From IMG/VR virus record IMGVR_UViG_3300045996_000435: a stretch of DNA of 20,000 nucleotides. The stretch is one strand, 5' to 3'. Positions 9,001-14,500 of this stretch are shown one piece after another (the stretch's first letter is position 1; each line of letters begins with the position of its first letter). Below the pieces are notes generated by a model, which saw nothing but the letters and a program-made list of their open reading frames with translations, had not been told where the DNA came from and made no database searches. The DNA is from an uncultured virus (IMG/VR IMGVR_UViG_3300045996_000435) (Duplodnaviria; Heunggongvirae; Uroviricota; Caudoviricetes). A program made the position numbers and the translations under genes.

Positions 9001-11582
9001 TAAAAGATGCTAAAAAAGCATTTACAGATATTTATGGTTCTATCGTACATATAATCTCTACCCGTATACACGGATCTAATGAGCATTTTGGTAATCCATT
9101 TTCTCATGATCCAGCAGGAAAGACTCAAGGACTAATTAAAACTAATACTATTAAAGAAGCTGTACAAAATTATATTGACTGGTTAACAACTAATAAATTT
9201 GAGAGCGTCCAGCCAGGTAGAAGGCAATGGATTATAAATCAACTTAAATCTGAAAACTTAAAAGATAAACCTATTCTTTACTTTAAAGAATTAGGGGAAC
9301 CTTCTCATGCTACGGCCTTAGATTATTTAATTAATAAGTATGATTGGAATAATAATTCTATTACTATTAATAAACAAGAGTTATACACTCAAGATAGATT
9401 AGATAAAGCACTAGGAACTCAAAATACTTTTATGTCTAACTTTCATCAATTAGAAAATCCTATTATTGATGAATTTGGAAATCAATATTGGAATTCTGAA
9501 GGTTACTATATGGCTTTAAGAACTCAAGATCAATCTATTAAAAAAGAAATAGCTCAATTTTCTAAACAAGGTGGTCAAGTAGCTAGAAATGCTAGATCTA
9601 AATATTCTCTCGATATGCATGAGAATAATAGATTAGAGTATATGAGGAAAGCTATTAAAGCTAAATTTGATAATAATCCTAGGTTAAGAGCTGAATTGTT
9701 AAGTACTGGTAATAAAGAGATAATTGAGAAAAATTATTGGAAAGATGATTTGTTTGGTGTCAGAATAGATACAAGGCAAGGCGCTAATATTTTAGGTAAG
9801 CTTTTAATGGAGTATAGATCTACTATTCCTGGAGCCCAAAAAGATTTGTTTAAAGGAGATTCTTTTAAAATAGGTGGACAACAAAATGAAGTTGAAGTTA
9901 ATTATAAACTTAAAATAGTTAGAGCTTTAAATCATCCAAAAACTAAAAGCTTATTTACAAAGTTTTTCAAAAATAACTCTGAAAAATTTTATAATGAACT
10001 TTATAATTTAGGTGTTGGTAAACCTCAAGTAGAGTATTTACAAAATTGGGCAAACCAAAATAATCCACAATCTGTAGAAGATCTTATAATAGGTATACAA
10101 TCTGAATTTGCTTATACAATCGAAATAGAAACTACAGGGGATAGAGAGAGTTTAATTTCTAGAGATAATTTTGTTATTGTTGACCAAGAAGATTTTCTAA
10201 GAGCCGTTCCTTATACAGGAGTGGAATCGTTAGGTACTTATGATTTTGGTTATGGTTCTATTCGACATAATGATAAATATTATTTTTTAGAACTAGGAGA
10301 AGGTCAATATGGAAAAATAGAAAAAATAAAAGCTAAACAATTAAAGAAGTTTACACCGTCAAATTATTATGATAATTTAACTGTTCCTGGAGGAATTAAT
10401 TATAGAGAACATGAAATTAAAACTCCTGAAATTAATTTCTCTATCAAAGGACATGCTAGATTTTCTACACATGAAGGTATAGGATGGTTTAGAACTGATG
10501 ATAAAGAAAAAGCAACTTCAGATAGAAATTATTATAAAAGATATTTGGAGAGTGGTTTATATAAAGGAGAGTACACAGCTTATGAGGATGTTACTGTTGA
10601 TAGGGATTTTAATAAATGGGTAGATAATAAGAAAAAAGAAGATGATTTGTTTGATTCTTCTCAACTTAATACAAGACGTATTTTAGAAATGCAATCTGAT
10701 TTATTTCAAAAAGGTCGAAATAAAGAATTTCTTATTGATACTCCAGTTTTTACAGTAAATAAAGGAGAAGGTGAAACATGGCAGTTATGGAAGAATGATG
10801 GTATATTAAAGCAACAAATAGGTACTTATGATACTGATGCTGCAGCTCAAACAGAACGAGTTCTTGCTCAAAGACAGTATGAAGACGCTAAGCAATCAGA
10901 GAATTTATTTATTCAACTACTTAATAAGGATAATAACTGGATAACTTTCTTTATTAAAGCTATTATACAAGATAGTACTAAAAAAGGATATGATTCTATT
11001 TTATTTCCTCAAGGAGATACTGCTTCTAAAGTTGAAGGTCATGAAACATTAGAAAGTTTTAAACTTGAAAAAGAGAAAGCAATTAAGAACTTAGAAGAGA
11101 TTATAAATAATGGGGGCATTCAGTATGAAGTAATTAGTATGGAAGATGGAGAACCCTATGATTTATATAATACTTTAGATGAAGCTCAGGATGTTCAACG
11201 AGATTTAAATTCTCGATCTACAGATTTTGGTTATAATATAGTAGATCGTACAGCAAACATTGAGGATTTAAAGCGAGAAATAGAACAATACAAAGCTGAA
11301 CTTACTAGACTTAATACTGAAGGATTTACTGCATTAAAACCAATACATAATTTCTATCAAACTATTGTTTATAATATACTTAAAAAGCATGGTTATAATC
11401 CTACAGAAATTAAAGATGAACACAACAATGGTTGGTATGAAGTAAAAATACAACCTTTCTTTAAAGATGATATCTATTTTATTGGAAAAAATACTGAAGA
11501 AAATTTGGAAAATTCAATAAAATTACCTACCTTGCAAGATTCTGAATATTTAGAAATGTTAAAAAAGTGTAAAGGAATATAA
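27..11582 (+). CDS. Giant single-chain virion DNA-dependent RNA polymerase polyprotein (crAss-like, phi14:2 gp66-type) with fused zincin protease and C-terminal accessory domains; may start upstream of the window
   Basis: 3851-aa ORF. Catalytic loop GSDFDIDK (DFDID at 6354-6368) preceded by GYRIPTQG (6231-6254). Upstream motifs GDAQGWIT (~4968), HKFSLVPL (~5247) and FESGSKV (~5349) fit the second barrel half. DFDID in place of DxDGD is characteristic of crAss-like virion RNAPs. The frame is open from base 3 (ANEDDEYK-M), so the start is uncertain. Confidence 0.92.
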   Translation: MAGELFDPKTLESVQKVVQAALKDGKNNFVDIMKFAAKHISKDKLQNVYNKMRAGYAFVYAQLSEKGQLIEDPAFLVNLMNNKYTLDDILAMAAAPVTQQEKVVPYADLREENIANRDFRAGVLYKTAAQDFEVLDIDGNKIYSKDIKKEPVAARRRNFLSYLYKEVERSGKTPTDLGFFGLMTKDSLAYPHDAEDVAFLTTKPEAAGEIIVLVDKDLQPIKINDKGEPDANGEVLTMYFESPEKLRKRADKEGDLKSVCKLNNLITYSPQGDEVFDFNTAREMLTNAAENIEHLRAEVKDNKQVLVTFNQVTPGIRQTSKEGVTTTFLIGKNVKAHLMDTPIKKGGNIGYSSTAKNKKGRLGYAYVDYKGDFIELQRDILPDNIIELISYVINNRDTIDATTKEELKTFFRNIKKNSQLDINVYTGRVTLEGTVLTPDQFAVELKRAVLSFSSDVINQNFKEFYLENGELKSRVTPYNDFMFRYYKMFVKLDENGEPLFANAYLAYQPSNVMEIIKGEQNVEEIKKQEQEEVKAEEVITPLEVRVEGVNKTKEEILKEIAERKAKLQKKADNVDVRLRKDEGNITGLPRSIYLENDTDLTVSPEEQDWFKTTLAGVYSGKFASRHMKLVKELINSDSWGLFAESGTILVENAPEGTLYHEAWHEFTQLYLTLKEKKALYNEARKQGESDYQVEERLAEEFRAYALKPRKPKYSIFERILNFIKQTFFGKVSVDVLFDKLYKGEINKYNPSINNIQFKRLNAGIADSAGNELFSNKRTQTLIKTIDKLIYDYIHNVQGWSLYRVFNEEHVLFAAYTYAYKQFIDKDLEKQNQFEEAIVREEDPVKLEKIYAEMESHRDLYDRVINNFTTILEHHKKNSRTFVITEDEISGVYDEAGNIIFEEEGDDTNTEKASKVFDQKAGNEISSIDGANKETRALVRGLARRVDENNIYINEFGFPELVDFAQTWNNLALNLANTYEFDKILVKLDNLKNRYPEYIELLKILNDYRVHEKTGLDKILMLTKFRQDFSRSFVPVYELIYDANTLEYKVDETTKNNFKAIKKLFDDNFISRDENKYIKKDKDGNNYLSPLILEDFNPNGFSNKGTRIKFLDALGITFSAPAIKDSRFDDIVNSSRLTFIYNGIKQLLDANVKIMNPTEDLSNNSRYAKFGFFGETGNLNALIAIESKYNSLNPTASMQNAEGNTVYALQLRNAISTISDYLSDYVNYPTYQDLISEPHLAFLDFTKNPYVKNSIWLNNMFVLDEESIHFGKRKSVDGIWNPEKLDPVVIQIVNFNGLNVDAEGLDLGKTTTRLYVGDKMVQDFTTLLKASGGFKEMMRAGDKSSAFAVKFSSYSQALNNQSNLPIDTSAFKNNLFGGKDFLNIMSGYLFDELKRIQDYKYKKVGTDLKAFALGEINLFRDLLTSETKTSIVEALTGDADINTIINNHAAKLRTELAVYFIKQFNSRVDSFNDKGLRVHITGTDKFGMYQLGEMPKWVSKDLITPYKVAGEVITPTFSQLLRSYIVNAFILNVEQTKIFNGDGAFYKDFHKRNSKDSATKTTMTTDSFFLDWLNYSPNTNLQSKLLGVYNSVSNVINSVIFKDNEVPSAYIDSYKNTVRALLEEEYLDPEKIEETINRIESKYGKNNEGDAQGWITLDFYRTFKLSQGKWSTKHENAYRKIIMSEFYTKQLDTASSEQARKDIQSKIGENKLTGEEMAYFVPVKAQYAGPLVYKGLYAPAFHKFSLVPLIPSLIRGTALEHLNEKMIRSNVGYGLFESGSKVASIQKEVNGKNVHEDFYLDYTSRTPVDRNSTFDTVNPVYSHFLGEQVNIEPKTHSDVIFGTQFRKLLFQNLYNQGEPLDAEVGKLYHEFSDVLAKMIQVEKKRLFKDLGIKEIKRGNETYYEAANYEKLVDTLIREVNRRDLNDNVKRYLEYDKSTGKFKYPLDGSMNRKEIETLLMSLINNRLVRQKMKGDLMIQVASSGFESTIKPVLATEEERLEYGTNGLRTYYLKGGEVRVSEVKVPLTEDFKNLLYFKHTDGNHIGTLERLNEMMRNETWRKEHRKSLRMVGYRIPTQGLNSIESMEVKEFLPEEAGNIIILPTEIVTKAGSDFDIDKLSIFKPSIAVKKKLTLNEKGKWIEEVDTAYYVRYRKEFRDYYEMKDKVEAKYEPLIQSYRNKYDQYMKDLESIYREFKRTAGVGNIENYVLEVQTQIELIKDQRDLLKIELELTTSYAEWKKLKSSDKKYANSLVNLNSELLLLTSMIHNQKALLTEEQIANLESLNLNMSKSLQADLKSLLSKDGKLFKERQAVQKKFRELILQKKEALREALDYKNGLQNRVIEIADKIMTDDRNFIQVITPNDTFLIKPLITDKGGIKDRLGFNKVNYTGTNIYTEATQEEKFQAGLVGKKALGIAAITNTYMQLFQKVKLHINRNYTNIFKDEPSNHTVHHYLLPQEYAGIMRDASGRVVGYDLSQKYDAEGELKSEFASQMINAYVDVLNDDFIFYGNAGLDVAPVLFYLKNVGVPTKTILHFINHPVIRAYIAQTQASKSIVLETINHFETMHDIGETEQGVVSKLLGTKESVWAIVGTDDLSEYFNGELLNQRIDNKLSEIPLREKAAILAHYLELKQQAEMLRKLQASTNFDTNTFQTPIDADIQVDMKGMVKATKMFNNEALDRITGETVIKGFNVSKVVNDIFEQLLPVTGSKFFRSQALRAFKAISKINFEIDQNKVVKTFTNDFLLYLLTKYSTVQLGNQEQTLYSYVMPMFAYNGHGVDNRLASKLIKFKADPVNRDLINKYPLIQNLKAEYFGNLGNIKLTRQDNSSEAQNSFIEQFEELIRHPDSKVRTLFKNIALFSIFQSGVTKSPISFTDIIPSHFYTTYMLKAISKYNKLNEGEKQALFQEFFGRFYVNNLGLYGEVASVPSYRFKNYGPDVMVVTPKGNSTQFFNDQDFLPPVQGQLFTNDNSSIIYSKLGDKTVSGNVKLESWSQLKDAKKAFTDIYGSIVHIISTRIHGSNEHFGNPFSHDPAGKTQGLIKTNTIKEAVQNYIDWLTTNKFESVQPGRRQWIINQLKSENLKDKPILYFKELGEPSHATALDYLINKYDWNNNSITINKQELYTQDRLDKALGTQNTFMSNFHQLENPIIDEFGNQYWNSEGYYMALRTQDQSIKKEIAQFSKQGGQVARNARSKYSLDMHENNRLEYMRKAIKAKFDNNPRLRAELLSTGNKEIIEKNYWKDDLFGVRIDTRQGANILGKLLMEYRSTIPGAQKDLFKGDSFKIGGQQNEVEVNYKLKIVRALNHPKTKSLFTKFFKNNSEKFYNELYNLGVGKPQVEYLQNWANQNNPQSVEDLIIGIQSEFAYTIEIETTGDRESLISRDNFVIVDQEDFLRAVPYTGVESLGTYDFGYGSIRHNDKYYFLELGEGQYGKIEKIKAKQLKKFTPSNYYDNLTVPGGINYREHEIKTPEINFSIKGHARFSTHEGIGWFRTDDKEKATSDRNYYKRYLESGLYKGEYTAYEDVTVDRDFNKWVDNKKKEDDLFDSSQLNTRRILEMQSDLFQKGRNKEFLIDTPVFTVNKGEGETWQLWKNDGILKQQIGTYDTDAAAQTERVLAQRQYEDAKQSENLFIQLLNKDNNWITFFIKAIIQDSTKKGYDSILFPQGDTASKVEGHETLESFKLEKEKAIKNLEEIINNGGIQYEVISMEDGEPYDLYNTLDEAQDVQRDLNSRSTDFGYNIVDRTANIEDLKREIEQYKAELTRLNTEGFTALKPIHNFYQTIVYNILKKHGYNPTEIKDEHNNGWYEVKIQPFFKDDIYFIGKNTEENLENSIKLPTLQDSEYLEMLKKCKGI
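1830..2290 (+). other. Zincin-like metallopeptidase domain within the RNAP polyprotein (boundaries approximate)
   Basis: GTLYHEAWHEF (HExxH at 2004-2018) followed ~30 aa later by EERLAEEFRAY (candidate third Zn ligand, 2106-2129) and an amphipathic helix IFERILNFIKQTFF. Confidence 0.85.
8934..9345 (+). other. DUF4326-like domain within the RNAP polyprotein (cysteine-free variant)
   Basis: STR...HFGNPF (GNPF 9090-9101)...EAVQNYIDWL...LKDKPILYFKELGEPSHATALDYLIN follows the DUF4326 layout (R...GNPF...Y..WL...L.GK.L.C.C....CH...L), with the Cys positions replaced. Confidence 0.6.
9420..9821 (+). other. NADAR (YbiA-like) domain within the RNAP polyprotein
   Basis: FMSNF...NSEGYYMA...MRKAIKAKFDNNPRLRAELLSTGNKEIIEKNYWKDDLFG...GANILGKLLMEYR matches the YbiA/NADAR pattern (SNF; E..Y/F.A; KF.....L...LL.T....L.E....D..WG....G.N.LG..LM..R). 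Confidence 0.88.
9880..11460 (+). other. Polyvalent-protein-associated domain of unknown function (PGG.NYRE / GWFR.DD / E.QSD / GYD.I.FP motifs)
   Basis: Motif series VPGGINYRE (10383-10409), KGHARF, GWFRTDD, RILEMQSDLFQKG (E at 10686) and WITFFIKAIIQDSTKKGYDSILFP (~10938-11009). I recognise this series from large phage virion/polyvalent proteins but cannot name the family reliably. Confidence 0.5.
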
Positions 11583-14500
11583 TGACCTGCCCTAATTTTA
11601 AAGACTCGAATTACGCAAAGCTAGAAGCTAAAGTTGGCTCATTGATGGCTTATAAATTGTGGTATCATTATGATGAACCTACAATACATAATGTTATTAC
11701 TGAAGCAGAAGCTCGCTGGTATAAAACTAAACAGAGACTTATAGATAAATTCCACCTAAAGAAGTGGCCCTCTATACCGGAGGATCTCTTTGTGGAGATA
11801 GATTCTTGGATGAGAAATCATACTAAGTATCAGGAATTTTATCCTGTATATGAACCATGGGCTAAAAAGTCTGGGTACTTAAATCTGAAATTTAAAGACA
11901 ATAAAGTTCAATCTGAATTTAAAGATGAAGAGGCAAACTTAAAAGATTTAGGAGTTCGATTTAAACAATGGAAAGATAGTCATCCTCCACAATTGGATAT
12001 TTTTACACAAGAAGTTTATAAAATTGGGGGTAGTTCTTCTTTAGTGGATGAATTAAACAATGCACGTACGAGCAGAACTAAGATGTCGTTTGATCAAATG
12101 ATCGAAGAAGCAAGAATCCAGCTCGAAAAACTGCTAGGTGTAAACAAAAAAGGTTTAAAGCTAGAAGAACAAACAAAAAAAGACCTATACGAACTACTAA
12201 AATTCTTTAGAGATCCCAGTAAATTAGGGCAACTAGAGACAATGACTACGTACTTTGTAGAGGTTAATACTATTCTAGAGCATTATAGAGATAGAGCTTT
12301 AAAGGCCAGTGAAATTGATACATTATCAGCTAAGATTATGGAGCTATTGTTCCTTAAACAAATGGCTAATTCATTTAAACCTTTTATTGATCAACTTAAT
12401 GCTGAATTTGCTGGTACACCTAGAGACAATAAAGTAAAAGAGTTGCTTGAGAATATGAACAATAGTATTACTACTATTGAATCTATTTATAGTAGAGATG
12501 TATTTCAGTCAGTAGTAGATTCTTTATATGAAACTACTGATCCTGTTGTACAGAATTTACAAAAGGAATTAGCAGACGAAATTGATTATCTAAGGAAACG
12601 CCAAGATATTCTTAAACAAAGAGGAGATCAAAAACGTGTTGATAAGTTAGAAAAGAAAATAGAAGATCTACAAAAAAGAAAAGGTAAAATTATACCTACA
12701 AAAGATTTGTTAGCTTTAACTCTTTCGGGACAAAATGGGGATGCTAATTTTATATCCATGTGGCTTGAGGCGACTATTGCTTCAGGTGATCCTATTGTGG
12801 CAGGGTTTGCTAAGAAGATTAAAGATTCCTTTAATACTATTAGAGTAAACATGCTACCTATGAAGAATGACGCTCAAACGATACTTGATAAGTATTCACG
12901 CATAACTGGAAGGGATAAAGCTAATAATGCTAAATTCTTCGAAGGATTATATGAAGTTATAGATGTACCTACACATGATGACGATGGTAAAATAACACAT
13001 AAGAAAGCCTATTCTTTAATAGGTGAGTTTAGTGCTCAATTTGATAAGGATGAAGCTGATTTTAAAGCTAAAATACAAACCCTTAAAGATGAACATAAAG
13101 ACGACGAAGCTGCTGCCGTAGAAAAAGAATATGAGGAATGGTTAGGTATTTGGGCTGAAAGACGTTATACAAATGAATGGTATGAAGCTTCTAAGCTATT
13201 AACACCTAAAGCAAAAGCAGCCCAAGATGAACTACTAGAACAAATTACTCGCATTACTAGAGGCCCTAATCGTAATAACTTATCAGAGATAGAACTAGAT
13301 GAACTAGAAGAGCTCTGGGGTCGTTATAAAGCTTTAGGTTCATTAGTTTACTTTGGAACAGGTGTACGTAAAACTGGAGATGATTTAGAGATGGCACTTT
13401 CTGTGCGAGCTTATCGTAAAGAAAGAGCTAAAATGCGTACCTTCGAGCTTACTGAAAACGGTAAAAGTAACTTTGAAATTGCACAAAAGAGACAAAAAGC
13501 TTTCTTAGATGCAGGTCGAATTACTCAAGAACAGTATGATAAGTGGTTAAGAAGATTTACGTCTCTTCGTATTGACCCTGAATTTTTTAAGAAGCGTCAA
13601 GCAATACTTGATCGTATTAATGCTGTAATGTCTAAGATACCTAAAGACCTTTTAGGTTCAAGGGAAAGTGTTACAGAGCTTTGGGAGAATCTTATTTCTG
13701 TAGGTAACAACAACAGGGATGAAGATGGTATTATAGATGGCGGAGAGTTAAGTGAAAATGAATTTTATAATGCTCGTTATTATGAGTTAAAAATAGACCA
13801 ATTAAAAGAAGACTTCTTACGTCTTAGTGGACTAACTACTAATCAACAAAAAGAACTTCAGACACTGGTTGATATTCCTTTAGAGGATAGGACTGAAGAA
13901 CAGAATGAAAGAATAACTGAATTATTTAATTCTAAAGCTTGGTTTAAAAGTGAATTAGCTAAACACGTAAGTTCAGCAGAAATAAAGGCTTTATTTGGTT
14001 ATTGGGAATCTCTTGGACAAATCCAAACTAAACAGCCTACTAAGTACTATGAAGAAAGATATAACTTCGAATTCGAAGCTTATTTTAATAAGATTCCTGA
14101 ATCAATAGATTGGAGTCTTAATGAAAAAATGGAAGCCTTTAAACAAAGTAATTGGTATAAAGAAAATCATATAACAAGGACTCGCAAAACTAAGAATGCA
14201 GATGAAAGTTTTGAGATGGAAGAATATGAAGAACCTTTATATATATGGAATCATGTGCTTCCTAGCGATGAAAGTTATATACAAGAAGGATACCCTTCTA
14301 TACATTTCCAAGAAATTGTAGTACACGATATTTATAAGAACCCTAACTTCCAAGAACTAGATACCAACGGTGGATACCATACTCCTAAAGCTATTGTAGA
14401 TAACAAACCTTCTAAATACCTTAATAGTAATTTCCAAGAACTTAAAGGAAAAGCTGCTACTGGAGATGCTGTTGCTAAAGTACAGTTAGAAATGTTAGAA

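Noticed and set aside
10692..10706. QSDLF as another clamp-binding or border motif
   Set aside because: It is part of the EMQSD core motif of the C-terminal domain, not a linker.
8900..11500. Apparently lower GC in the accessory-domain tail, suggesting recent acquisition
   Set aside because: Spot checks found similarly AT-rich lines in the RNAP core; it needs a sliding-window GC and codon-usage calculation.
14300..14445. Three TTCCAAGAA copies (FQEI, NFQEL, NFQEL)
   Set aside because: Short, irregularly spaced and within coding sequence; not a CRISPR array or a convincing tandem repeat.
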